From positions 1,686,100-1,750,099 of the forward strand of contig NW_003314267.1 in assembly GCF_000143415.4 (NCBI RefSeq): DNA of 64,000 nucleotides, written 5' to 3'. The DNA comes from Selaginella moellendorffii (lineage: Eukaryota > Plantae > Lycopodiophyta). The translations under genes and the position numbers were made by a program. This document shows, one piece after another, positions 49,575-61,124 of the stretch. The notes under the pieces were generated by a model. That model had not been told where the DNA came from, did not search any database, and was given only the letters and a program-made list of their open reading frames with translations. Each line of letters begins with the position of its first letter. Position 1 is the first letter of the stretch.

Positions 49575-49780
49575 GCAAACACGTCGATCAGCCCGCTTGC
49601 GTCACACGCATCTGGCGGTCGGAATCTATGCACTCACCCACGTGGCAAGTGGATTTACGGTTACATTTTATCGCCGGCTCCACGTGGTCGGCTCCGCGTG
49701 ACGTGGCGCAGGCCTCCGCCAAAGCAGCCGCAATACGTGGCATGTGCACATGGCCGGCGCATGTGCATGCATGTCCATGG
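49575..49780. promoter_or_regulatory. G-box/ABRE cluster with an RY motif upstream of the F-box/kelch gene
   Basis: CACGTGGC 49639, CCACGTGG 49680, CCGCGTG 49694, GACGTGGC 49700, TACGTGGC 49734, CATGCATG ~49766. Confidence 0.55.
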
Positions 49781-50364
49781 AAGCTTCCATATTATTTTGT
49801 ACCATGGAAAATTCGCAACAAAACTCCGACTTGATCTTGTCTATGGTTTGTGGTCCAATGGCCTTTTGCTTTCAGTTGGCTTGACCACTGGAAAATCGCT
49901 CTCTTCCATTTCTTCCCAAAACTTGTCAAACAAATTGATGTCTTCCTTCCAAGGGAAGAATCTCTTGAGAATAAAAAGGTGGCGAGATCAAGCAACAACC
50001 AGTACAAAACGTCCTTCCTCGCCTGCATCATCACGCTGCATGATTCCAGAGATATCTGACACACTGCCTGATGAAACACGTCAGTGTCGCGGAAAGCTCT
50101 ATCCATACAGCTGAAAACAAAGAACAAAGAACAGTGAAAAAGAGCTCTTCTAGAAACGCTATTTCCTCAATCAATCCAACCCAACGAGGACTTCTAGAAA
50201 CCATGGGTCAAGCAAAAGCAAGGATAATTGAGGCAAAGGAAGGCAATCAAGTATTGGCACAAAGGAGAAAAAATAAAGAGACGATGGTCCTACCAAGAGC
50301 GAAGATCGAGAAATCACTATCAAGGGAGAAAAGAGCATACAATGATACTTTGATACAATACCCC

Positions 50365-50700
50365 CAACTTGGCAGCTTTACCTCTGGCTAGTGGACATGT
50401 TTCTTCCGGCCAACTTGTTTTTATCCCTGGATGATCACTCATCCACGCGCAATTCTTTTTTTCACTAGCGAGCGATGCTTCAGCCTATACAAAAGCCAAG
50501 CGTGTCACGAGAAAGGAATTTTACCAGGCCACGCAAGGCACGGCAGTGGGAGAAATCGAATCCACTCTAGCTTGCAACGTCATGGGAGATAACTTTGTCC
50601 GGGATCTTATCTATCGGAGAGAAGCTGATCTGTTAATCTGCAAATTTCCAAGGTGATTCCAGGCAGTGGAGGATCAAAAACCATCCTGTCTATGTCCACC
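50365..50700 (-). pseudogene. Degenerate duplicate of the last RRS1 exons
   Basis: For example tttacctctggc...gtttcttccggccaacttgtttttatccctggatg and cagcctatacaaaagccaagc match 50850-51200. Confidence 0.7.
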
Positions 50701-50846
50701 ACTCACTGAATCGTGGTGGCCGCGACTGTTGCAAGGCTCTTTCACGGTGATCTGGAAAAAAAGCTGTTAATTTTCGACAACTTTTCATCTCGTCACATAC
50801 CCTGTCGATACTTTGGCGATAGAGTCCAGCGCATCCGTCCTCAGTC

Positions 50847-52346
50847 CTATTTGGCATCTTTACCTCTGGCGAACTTGGAGCCTTTAGAGGCTTTGTTTCT
50901 TCCGGCCAGCTTGTTTTTGTCCCTGGATGGCCCCTTTCTACCACCGCCACGCCCAAATTTCTTTTTACTGTGGCCACCATTAGCGATGTTTTGATGCTCG
51001 CGTTGGCTCTGCTGCGATGTGTTGTAGCTGCGAACAGCCTACACAAAAGCCAAGCACGCCGTGAGAGAAGTTCGCCAGGGCACGAAAGGCGAAAATCAAA
51101 TCGCTCACCTTGTTCACATCAACAATCTCCTGATTGTGACGGGAGAGCACTTTGTCCAGAATCTTATCGGACTGTTGTTTCTCCTCTTTGGAGGATCCAA
51201 CGACTGGAAGGAACTGTATTACACATTTTTTATGCGTTAAGAACAAAGAATAACAGAAGGGAAAAGGGAGAACAGAAATCTCACCTTTCGATGCTTTCCT
51301 GCGTGTTTTGCCGGCTTTTCACCCTCCAGCTTACGATCAAACTTGCCTACGCTGGCCGTAGCAGTACTTGCGTGTCCAGCAATCTCGCCGAGTTCATCTT
51401 TCGTGAGTTTCTTTGGAACTTGCGCGGAGCCGGTTATAGGCAAAGCCATCGTCGACAATTGGACAGTACTAATGATCAAAACAACAATCAGACGATATGG
51501 TTTGAGACTAATAATATTTACCTCGGGAGCGCAGATTTTCCGGCAACTTTGAGCGTGTGTTTCAAGTTCTGGAGACGATTCTTCTCTTGCTTTTCAATGC
51601 GTGCCTTCTTTTCTTTCTTCATGTTTGAGAATGGATCTTCTCCAGGTTCTGCATAACCCAGAGAGACAAATGCGCTAAGTGAAACCAAATATGGAAACAA
51701 AAGCCACTTACCATCAGTGCTCTTGGCCTCAATTACAGGTATGTCTCGCTCATCTGCAACTCTCTTATAACCATACCGCCTTCTCCATTCCCCAGCGTCT
51801 TCATCGAAATCTAGCTTGCTGCGTTTTCTCTTCTTTATACCTGGAAAAAAAAAAAAAATTCCTTGTAGACACAAATCCAAAGAGACCACACAAGATAGAT
51901 TACCTTTGCTCTGTGCAAATTGCTCCCATTTCGTGGGTGGCCGCGGCTTCGGGAGCTACAAGGACAAATCCAAAATGACTGAGAAGGAGAAAAAAGAAAG
52001 AATTTCTACTCACAGGTTTTTCTCTAGGAAGCTTTGTTGTGGGAGGAGGCAAGATCACGAGACGCCCATACTTATCCGCCTCAGAAGGCATGTTAAACAG
52101 CTTCTCTGCCAGCGCTTGAATGGCTCGAGCGCCCTTTCGGAGGCATTGCTCGTCATAATCATCGCTAGAAATCATCCACAAGGAGAAAAATGTAGCTCCA
52201 TCCGAGCGAGAAGAAAATCCTCCCTACCTGGAAGTCGACGCCTCCTCGATTCCTGGATCAGTAGCGTCGAAGACGAGCAGATTGCCGATGTCCATGCGCA
52301 ATCCGGACAGGGAATCCATCCCCGCGCCTTCTTCCTCGGCCGCCAT
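50847..52346 (-). CDS. RRS1: Ribosome biogenesis regulatory protein RRS1
   Basis: Spliced exons encode [60 protein letters not shown] and a basic tail. Telo-box AAACCCTA just upstream. Confidence 0.93.
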
Positions 52347-52388
52347 CGCGGAAGAACTAAAACCCTAGAATCAAAATCTCCAAGAACC

Positions 52389-52901
52389 CTAAATCTCTTT
52401 ATTGCTGGATGGGTTTCTTCGAAAAATCTCTACTCCCAAATAATCTACGCTCCCTTTGACAGCAACGTGAGGCTTTCCCACTCTCACGCGAATGCTCGTC
52501 GCGGATGGAAATCTCTCAAACACGCCCTTTGCAATGCTCGCTGCCACGGCCTCCAAGAGAGAAAATGGTGGACCTTCTACCACAGCCTTGACGATCCTGG
52601 CACCAAAAAAATCGATTTTTGGGAGGAATTCTTCCAAGTTTCTACCTGTAGATCGCTCCATAGCTGATTGAATCCTCGATGTTGTCGCTGTTGCAAGCCT
52701 TGGACAAATCGGTCCACACATCCGCGTCCACCAGGAACTTTTGGCCCAATTTCTTCTCTTCGTCGTACACGCCGTGGTAGCCGTGGAAGATCATGCCACG
52801 AAGAATGAGCTTATCGCCATTTGGGTCACTGCCGCAAGAACACACAAAAAATTTCGTTTTTTTTTCTGAGGGGAAAGAAATTTGCAAGCTTCATACCTCA
52901 T
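52389..52901 (-). CDS. FOLB: Dihydroneopterin aldolase
   Basis: Three exons: MSDPNGDKLILRGMIFHGYHGVYDEEKKLGQKFLVD...SISYGAIYR|IVKAVVEGPPFSLLEAVA...VGKPHVAV..VDYLGVEIFR. Confidence 0.95.
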
Positions 52902-52944
52902 CTCGTAGCACCGGGAGAACACTGCTGCTCCTTCGCCTAGGGCT

Positions 52945-54002
52945 CTAGAGCGACTTTAAGTAGGAGTTAAATGCCAAGTAAGGTGTTTTTGGTGCGTCGA
53001 TCGTCCCAGTAAATCCAGGCTCGAGAACTTTTCGTTGCTCCAGATCGTATTTCTCATTGATCTTGTCCTGTGCAAGAAGTTCTCGCAATGGTGGCGGAGG
53101 CACCACTTCCGGTTTTATGATCTGGATTGCAAAAAGAAAAAGAAGTTATTTTCTGGCAAGAAAGAGGAAAGTTTTCATCACCTTGACAGGAGGCCATTCG
53201 AAGTTTTTGAGCTGGGGGCAGTAGAGTTCTAGCCTGATCTTCTCTTTGTAAGGAGGATTAAGCGTGGTTATCACATCGCTCCAAAGCATCAGATCGACGA
53301 GCTCGTTGCATTGCTCGAGATCGAGCTCTTTCAATCCTCGAACTACAATGTGTGCTGTTTTCAAGTGGACGCACCGCGCTAGAGAGATTCTCTCGAGAGA
53401 ATTCGACTGCGAAATGTCACGCACTGTGAGCAAAGTCTGCCGGAAAAGAGCAATGAGAGAAGGTACCTCTATCAAGACGTAGTTTAGAGCCGCACAGCAC
53501 GATAAATCCAGTTCCTTGAGCGCTGGAGCAACAGTGTAAGGCGACATGACATACCTGGTCAAGAACTTGGCTCCCCGGAGCTCTAGTTTCTCCTGGAGAT
53601 AGAACTTTGAGACGATCCCAGAGGATTCAAGAGGAACTTACAAGATTTGGGCGAGGAACGCTGAAGAGCTCGGTGATGAAAGGCTCATCCACTCTGGAAC
53701 TCCAGATGATAGATATCTACAACATGAGCTGAGCTGCTAAGAACGAGGAAAGAAAAGCATAGAACTTACCAAGTTACATGTCGCTAGCAAATTGAGACGA
53801 GTCTCGTTAAAGGCAGGCGAAACCACGGGGTCAGGAAGAGCTTCCAGCGGTCTCTCCCATTTTCCATTTTCAAGCGCCTAAGTGAAAACAAATGTGAGAA
53901 ATCCATGGATCGATCAAATCACAGGACCTTGATCCAGCCAGAGTCTGGCTTTGGTGCGGCGCCCTTCTTCTTCCCTTTGCCCTTGCCCTTCTTGGGCGCC
54001 AT
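52945..54002 (-). CDS. Uncharacterised LRR-containing protein with a Lys/Gly-rich N-terminus
   Basis: MAPKKGKGKGKKKG start; in-frame spliced exons with LKELDLSCC, LERISLARC and LKELDLEQC; final exon ends ...NSYLKSL*. Confidence 0.7.
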
Positions 54003-54139
54003 AGCTGCCGCACCAAAGCTCTCGCACCGAATGGCGGGACGCAACGTTCGGATGGCCACATCCTCACCGTCAAAATTAGGGCTTGAGTCGTTTAAAATAG
54101 GTTTAACGGTTATAGATTTCCCGCTTGCTCGATCGTAAG

Positions 54140-54370
54140 CACCACGTCGATGTTTGGTCTTCTCGGAGAGCTTCTTGGAATCGACCCTCAAGCCTCTCAA
54201 GGTGTCGGGTAAGGAATCGGGTTCACCGAGATCAAGGCTTCACGAATCCAGTTCCATGCTTACGTGACGGATCGTACCTTTGTGCACAATCCTTCGAAGT
54301 TTTCGGAGTCAACAAAAGTCTTGCTCTACTGCTCCAGTCTGCTGCCGACAAAGCTCTTCTTGGTTCCTGG
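54140..54370 (-). pseudogene. Deleted fragment copy of the kinase 5' region and PPR 3' end (57000-57322)
   Basis: Shared strings gagcttcttggaatcgaccctcaag, ggttcaccgagatcaag and ctgctccagtctgctgccgacaaagctcttcttggttc. Confidence 0.8.
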
Positions 54371-55528
54371 GACGTTGTCTGGCTTTACACTCTTGGCTTG
54401 GGGTACTATGGTGACAAATTATAGACCTCATGTGAGAAATTCTTCATTATATTTACATGAAAAATTATATTCAGATGATTTATTTAAAGTAAGCCAAATA
54501 ATTATGTTTGTATAGATGACAAATTATATCAACTTAGAGAAAATTTTCTAGAGTTTAGCGTTCCTCATTCTAATCTTGAAAATGGTAAATTCATAGATGA
54601 AAAACATGTAAATATTTATTCTTGTGTAAGGATTATTATAAATGATGATGGACAGGAAGAATGCCATTGTAGGCTTTATTTGAAATACTACTTTTCAAGA
54701 GAATTTTTTTTTTAAAGAACTAGTATGATGTAGATTGTGTTTGGCAAAGCATGTAGGAATACAGTTTCCTCATAATTCATTTAGATACTACTTATGTCAT
54801 TGAATGCTTACAAAAATGGGTGAAGTGATATATTTTGCATGGTAAATATAATACATAAATTAATGACTTTGTTATGGCCTTGGTTAATTCATTTCATAAA
54901 TTATTATTTGAAGGTTTTTCTTGCAAGGAGTATTACAAGCATACTAAGGAAGTTTGCACTTCAGGAACATATCTCATTTGAGGATATAAGCCTTCTTGAC
55001 AAGTTACAGATATGCTTGTAATCCGAAGAAAATCTTTCCAGTGTGCATTTGATAGGAAGGGCATTTTTATGCTATAAAATTTTAAGTGCAACAAATTCTG
55101 AAAGCTGGTATGTAGCTGATATATCTTTATTGATGTGCAATTATGGGGATTTCAGCCTTTTATACAATCACATCCATGCTATGCAAAACATTTAAAGGCT
55201 ATTAGCACGTATTGAAGTTGGGAGAATTAGTGAGATGACATTTGAGCTTTGAGCATATATCAAATCAAGCAAGAAAATTACAATAATAAATTACACTTTT
55301 TTATGGAAAAGAGTTGACTGAAAATGTTTTTTATGCTAGATTCATCTAGAAGTGCTTGAAGTTGAGAAAACATCTTCTAGAACTAAAAATTTGAAATGCT
55401 AATTAGTTGGCCTTGTTATCTTTTTAATTTCTTTGAAGACATAAGAAGCCCAACCCTTTTCCTGAGCTTTTTGAAATATATGGGATCTCAAAATATATTT
55501 TGAGAAATATATATTATTACATAATGAG

Positions 55529-57205
55529 TCACGCAAGGAGGAGATTACCTCTTTGCGTAGCTGTCGGCTTACTAGAGCTCTCTATAGCAGTGGACCGCGA
55601 GAGATAGCAGCGTATGCACTCCAGCTCCCAGCAAATCTCCTGAAAGCACGGCCTCATCTCGGGATTACTAGACCAGCACTGCTGCACCACTCCTCCCAAG
55701 AGTGTGTTTACGTATCCCGGCAGCGAAGGCCTCACTCCCGGTTTCATCCAGCTCCCCTTGATCTTTTTAATATCCACTCCTCCGGTCTCGCAAAACGGTA
55801 CCTCTCCAGTGAGAATGCTGTAGCACGTCATCCCAAAGCTGTAAACGTCCGCCTTGAGCGTGTACCTCGCACAGAACTCGTCACCACCACCGCGGTCTGG
55901 AACCATGACTTCCGGAGCCCTGTAGAATCCTGTGCCTCGCTTCGAAGTGTGAGCTTGGTCGGAGCACTCCATCGTCTTAGCCGTGCCAAAGTCCGCGAGC
56001 TTGAGCAAGAGGCCGCTCGAGGAAGAGCCGGGAGCCCGGGTCAAGAGGATGTTGCTCGGCTTCACGTCCCTGTGGATGATCTGGAGCGAGTGCAAGTACT
56101 TCAGGCCTCGAGCGATCTGGAGCATCATGTCGACGCAGACCAAGGCGGAGAAAGGTGGCGCAAAGCCGCTTCTTTGCTTGGACTTGTTGATGTAGGACTC
56201 GAGATTGCCAGCTTCCATGAGCTCCAGCAGCAATCCATACTTGAGGCCGCTGTCTCTCTTGGGCTCGACATGGCCGAGAGCCTGGACGATGTGAGGATGC
56301 TGGAGCTGCAAGTGTAGAGCCGCCTCCCTAACGAAAGTTGCCTCGTCTTTGAAGAGCTTAAGAGCGTATCTCTGTCCGAAGGCTTGGACTTCTTGGACGG
56401 CGGCGTAGCTCCCACATCCCAGAACACTTCCCATGACGAGCACTTCGTCTTCCAGCTGAGTGGAAGCCACGACAACGTCTTGCACGCAGCTAGCCGAGAT
56501 TCTTGACGGGTGTAACCTCTCCAGCAACAGGTTTGTTGCCTGAAGTTGGTCTTGCGAGAGATCCGTCCTGTTACTGGCCTCGCCAAGAATTTTCACAGCT
56601 TTGAGGAAAAGGGAGGCCCGTTGCAAGAGCTTGCGGAGTGACGTCTCGGTCTCGGCTATGATTCCCGCAAAGAGCTCGGCGGAAGGAACGGCCTTCTTCT
56701 CCACCTGGATGGCATAACTGAGCATCCCCAGCTGCGTCCAAAGCCTGTAGATCTCATCCCACTTCTCGCACAAAGTCTGGTTCGAGATGGCAGCAGCGAT
56801 CCCAATCGCTGTGGAAGAGTCCTTGCACTCCCTTAGAAGCATCATCTCTTCGCGAAGAAGCTCCGCAGATCGATCGTGGAGAGTGTCCAGATGGCAGATG
56901 AGCTGCGATAAGTTTCTCCCCATACGCCAGTTGACTAACACTACTTTGTCCCTGTCCTTTCTACCTCCCAAGTACCTGAAGAACTTGAAAGCACAACTTC
57001 GACGCTTGGTCTTCTCGCAGAGCTTCTTGGAATCGACCCTCAAGCTGCTCAAGAGATCGGCTAAAGAATCAGGTTCACCGAGATCAAGACTCCCTGCTTC
57101 ATCTTCTGCCTTCACTAATCCGGTTCCATCCTTGAGGGACGGAATGACAGTGCCGCTCTTACCTGCTGATAACTTCGTAGATGCGGCGATAAGGCACGAG
57201 AACAT
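55529..57205 (-). CDS. TKL-type protein kinase with a ~250-aa helical N-terminal domain
   Basis: GCGSYAAV, YALK, IIHRDVKPSN, ADFG, GTGFYRAPE and KADVYSFG. Intronless; first ATG at 57205. Confidence 0.9.
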   Translation of the reverse strand: MFSCLIAASTKLSAGKSGTVIPSLKDGTGLVKAEDEAGSLDLGEPDSLADLLSSLRVDSKKLCEKTKRRSCAFKFFRYLGGRKDRDKVVLVNWRMGRNLSQLICHLDTLHDRSAELLREEMMLLRECKDSSTAIGIAAAISNQTLCEKWDEIYRLWTQLGMLSYAIQVEKKAVPSAELFAGIIAETETSLRKLLQRASLFLKAVKILGEASNRTDLSQDQLQATNLLLERLHPSRISASCVQDVVVASTQLEDEVLVMGSVLGCGSYAAVQEVQAFGQRYALKLFKDEATFVREAALHLQLQHPHIVQALGHVEPKRDSGLKYGLLLELMEAGNLESYINKSKQRSGFAPPFSALVCVDMMLQIARGLKYLHSLQIIHRDVKPSNILLTRAPGSSSSGLLLKLADFGTAKTMECSDQAHTSKRGTGFYRAPEVMVPDRGGGDEFCARYTLKADVYSFGMTCYSILTGEVPFCETGGVDIKKIKGSWMKPGVRPSLPGYVNTLLGGVVQQCWSSNPEMRPCFQEICWELECIRCYLSRSTAIESSSKPTATQRGNLLLA

Positions 57206-57267
57206 TGTGCGCAATCCTTTCTCGCAATGCTTTGATGTTTTCCAAAGTCAACCAGCTCGTCCAAGTC

Positions 57268-59603
57268 TTAGGCGACCAGCTCCACTGCTCCAGTCTGCTG
57301 CCGACAAAGCTCTTCTTGGTTCTCCGGTTTAGTTTCCAAAACCTGGGACCCTTCTCGCAACGAGGTTACGCATGCGACTGTGATCTCGTTCGCTTCTACG
57401 TCGTTAGCCTGCATTTGTTCGAACAGCTCGGACGCTCTTTCCAGCTGACCCTGCTTCACATAAGCGTCGAGCAGAGCGTTCCAAAATGCGGTAGACTTGT
57501 CCGGGGTTCTGTCGAAGAGATTTTGTGCGTCTTCCAGAGCTCCACACTTGCAGTACATGCCCAGCAGCGCCTCTCTGATACCACCATCCTGATACAAATC
57601 CTTGCCTTTGATGCTCTCATGAACAGCCTTGCCCCGCTCCAACTTCTGGAGCTCCGCACAGGCCTTGAGAACGCTGATGATCGTCAGCTTGTAAGGAACC
57701 GACTGGACGTTCTGGTAGACGTCGAGAAGCTCTCGCCAGTGTCCGTGTCTCTCACAAGTTGCTATCATAGAGCTGGAGAGCAGCACATTCTTCGTTGGCA
57801 CGGACTGGAAGAGCTCCCAAGCAGCATCGTAGAGACCACAGCGGCCATACATATGGATCAGAGCGCTTCGTACGACCACGTCCGATTCAAAGCCACTCTC
57901 TTCTATGCCGGCATGAAGAAGTCTTCCCTCCGCCAGGCACTCGGCACCATTGCATGCGCTCAAGGTGGTCGTGAAGGCAAACTTGTCAACCCGGACACCT
58001 TCTAGCCTCATGAGTCTGAAAAGCCCGAGTGCTTCTTTGCTGCGATGCCACTGTGTGTAGAAGGATATCATATGAGCCCAAGCAACGTCGTCGTATTCGC
58101 GTCTCTTCCAGAAAACCTTGGCAGCGTCTTCGAGGCTGCCACACTTTCCATACATGTTGAGCAATGCGCTGGAGACCGCATCCTCAGTTTCCAAACCTCT
58201 CGCAGTGACCACAGCATGAACCTGTCGACCATCTTCGAGAGCTGTAGCGCCGGCACACGCGTTGATCACGGTGACAAAAGTGCTGACGCTTGGAGTGAGC
58301 TCCATCTTCCTGTAGAGCTCGAGCGCCTCCTCGTACGCACTATGTTGGACGTAGACCGAGAGCATTGCGTTCCAAGTGATGATATCTTTCCCCTGGATTT
58401 CTTCAAAGACCTTCCTTGCGTCTGTCAGGCTACCGCACTTCCCATACATGTTGAGTAGCGCAGTCTTGACGATGAGATCGTTCTCAAACCCGTTTCCAGT
58501 GAGCTGCGAGTGAATAAGCTTGCCTTCTTGCAAAGCACTCATTTTCCCGCAGCAATTGAGGACGGTCACAAAGGTGACGTTGTCCGGCTTTACACTCTCG
58601 CCTTGCATTCTCTGAAACAGCTTCAATGCCATCTTGTAGTGACCACGCTCTGAGTAGGCCGAGATCATAGAAGTCCAAAGAATAGCGTCCCGCGAAACCA
58701 TCTCGTCAAACATTCTCTGCGCGTCCCTTAAGCTCCCACACTTGAGATACATCTCTATGAGATGGTTCCCGAGTATCCTGTCCTGCTCCTGCCCGCTATC
58801 CCGAATGTAGCTGTGAATTTTCTTCCCTTGCTGGAGAGCCTTGTTCTTAGCGCAAACTCGTAAAACTCTAGCGTAAGTGGCACTGTCCGTCTTGTGTATC
58901 ATCCCTTGCATGCGATCCACTAGAATCCTCAAGTTGTCCTCGTCGGGACTCCTGGCAGCACTGTTCTTGTACCCGAAAGCGGCACAGAATACTTTGCTAA
59001 CGTGGTGTTGTCCTCGAAGCGTTTGTGTTTTGTCTCGCCAATCTGGATAAGAAACCAAGAACTTGTAACGCTTTGAAAGTCCAGGATGAAAAGAAGTTTA
59101 AAAAACTCTCTAGCGCACTCACACAAAAATGCCATCCTTGACGATACAAAACATCCAAATCTCCAGACTAAAGATCAAGCATTGGCAGGGAAATTTTTTT
59201 CTAGAACGTAAACGCTATAAGATCTAGGAAAAGGATCGAGACTAGAAAAAATGCCTACACAATTGAATCGGATTCACGAGAAAATATCGAAGAACATACA
59301 AAACATCCAAATTTTCAGACGAAAGATCAAGCATTAAGGGGAAAAAAAATTCTAGAACGTAAACGCTTAAAGATCTAGGAAAAGGATCGAGACTAGAAAC
59401 AATGCCTACACGATTGCATAGAAAACATTGAACGATCGAACTACAGAACGATTGAAAGCATAATCAGCAAAGAAAAGAATGCCGCGCAAGAAGAATCTCT
59501 CGAGACAGGACATGATCAAGGATAGCATAAGCAACATACCTAGATTTCTTCGCTTCCTCCTGTGCGCGATCGCCATCGCCATAGACGAGAGCGCGGCCGC
59601 CAT
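57268..59603 (-). CDS. PLS-class PPR protein with no E/DYW domain seen; short exon 1 may encode a targeting peptide
   Basis: Exon 1 at 59540-59603 (MAAALSSMAMAIAHRRKRRNL) splices in frame to 57268-59042, which has many MYGKCG PPR motifs. Confidence 0.85.
59144..59411. repeat. ~150-bp direct duplication in the PPR intron
   Basis: atacaaaacatccaaat...ctagaacgtaaacgct..agatctaggaaaaggatcgagactagaaa..atgcctacac occurs twice. Confidence 0.9.
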
Positions 59604-59894
59604 AGCCAAGCTCTCACAGATATTTTCGTGGGCTTTGGTTTGGAAAAATTTAAGCCTAGGCGGGAAAGGCTTGGTCTAAATGACAACTGTCCTTGGAACA
59701 CGTGTCCTTAAACCTCCTCTCTTTTTAAAATACCCATTAGGGTTCTTCGCTCTGCTTGATCATCACGGTATTTCTAGCGACATTTCTCTCGGAGGCAAGA
59801 TCCTAGCTATTCGAGGTAAGATTTACCGCCTGGCAGTGGCATTTTCTTAGCGACCGATCGTTTTCTTGCTGCTAGCAGCTTGGCGCTCACACTC

Positions 59895-61124
59895 ATGGCG
59901 CTGGTCTTGATCTTCTTGCTCGCGATCCGGATATTTCCTGCTACCAGGGCATCGACGCTCTCGTCGGATCTCCAAGCCCTCAAGGATGTCAAGGCCGCGG
60001 TAGATCCCTCCAGCATTCACTCCACGACCTGTCTCGGCTCCTGGGACTTCGCCGCCGCCGATCCCTGCGACTCGCGATCCACATCGCATTTCGTGTGTGG
60101 CATTGGCTGTAGCAGCGACGATCCTCTCAGCCGCCGCGTCATCAGCTTGATCCTCGACGGCTCCGGCTACAATGGTACCCTCTCTCCATCGCTGGGCAGC
60201 TTGACCGCGTTACAGGTGCTCGATTTCTCTGGAAATTCCTTTCACGGCACCATTCCAGCGTCCCTGGGCCAGCTGACTAGCCTCATCAAGCTCGACCTGT
60301 CAAGGAACTCTTTCACCGGCGCGATTCCAGACACCATCTCACAGCTCTCGAATCTATCCTACCTCTCAGTCGCCAACAATCACCTCGAGGGGCCGATTCC
60401 CAGCTCCATCGCCAATCTATCAACCATCGAGAGGCTCTTCCTCCACAACAACCAGCTCGCCGGAAAGATTCCCTCGCTAGATGGTTTGCAGAGGCTGAGC
60501 TACTTCGACGCTAGCAACAACCGGCTGTCCGAGCTGCCGCTCAAGCTCCCGGTTTCGCTGCTCCAACTTTCGCTGCGCAGCAACCAACTTGGTGGGAGCT
60601 TTCCACAGAATCTAGCCCAGCTCCAGGGGCTGGAAGTTCTGGACCTGAGCTACAACCAGTTCGCCGGGCACCTGGATTCGTCGCTGTTCGAATTGCCATC
60701 TCTCCAGCAGCTCACGGTCTCGCACAACCAGATCGCTTCGCTGGGTGTTCCACGACTTTCCAACGTGGAGAGCGAGCTTGTGGCGGTGGACATAAGTTAC
60801 AACCAGCTCGAAGGTGCTCTGCCCGTGTTCTTGGCAAACATCAGCAGGCTCTCGGCACTCTCGCTTCGCTACAACAACTTCAGTGGCACCATCCCTTACG
60901 AGTTCGCTTCCAAGGCGAGCTCGGCTTCCAAGGAGGTCCAGCCGCTCATGCGCTTGTTCCTGGACGGCAACTATCTCATCGGCGAGGTTCCTCAGCCATT
61001 TCTCGAGGTTCCGGGAAGGTTTAGCGCGAGTTTTATCTACAACTGCCTGGCCAAGTGCCCGGAGAGCTTTGCGTTTTGCCAAGGAGGTGGACAGAGGCCA
61101 AAGTCAGAGTGCCCGACTCTGTGA
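59895..61124 (+). CDS. Secreted plant LRR protein (signal peptide, LRRNT cap, LRRs; no TM segment or kinase)
   Basis: MALVLIFLLAIRIF, DLQALKDVK..SWD..DPC..GIGC, and repeated LxxLDLSxNxFxGxIP. Confidence 0.92.
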   Translation: MALVLIFLLAIRIFPATRASTLSSDLQALKDVKAAVDPSSIHSTTCLGSWDFAAADPCDSRSTSHFVCGIGCSSDDPLSRRVISLILDGSGYNGTLSPSLGSLTALQVLDFSGNSFHGTIPASLGQLTSLIKLDLSRNSFTGAIPDTISQLSNLSYLSVANNHLEGPIPSSIANLSTIERLFLHNNQLAGKIPSLDGLQRLSYFDASNNRLSELPLKLPVSLLQLSLRSNQLGGSFPQNLAQLQGLEVLDLSYNQFAGHLDSSLFELPSLQQLTVSHNQIASLGVPRLSNVESELVAVDISYNQLEGALPVFLANISRLSALSLRYNNFSGTIPYEFASKASSASKEVQPLMRLFLDGNYLIGEVPQPFLEVPGRFSASFIYNCLAKCPESFAFCQGGGQRPKSECPTL

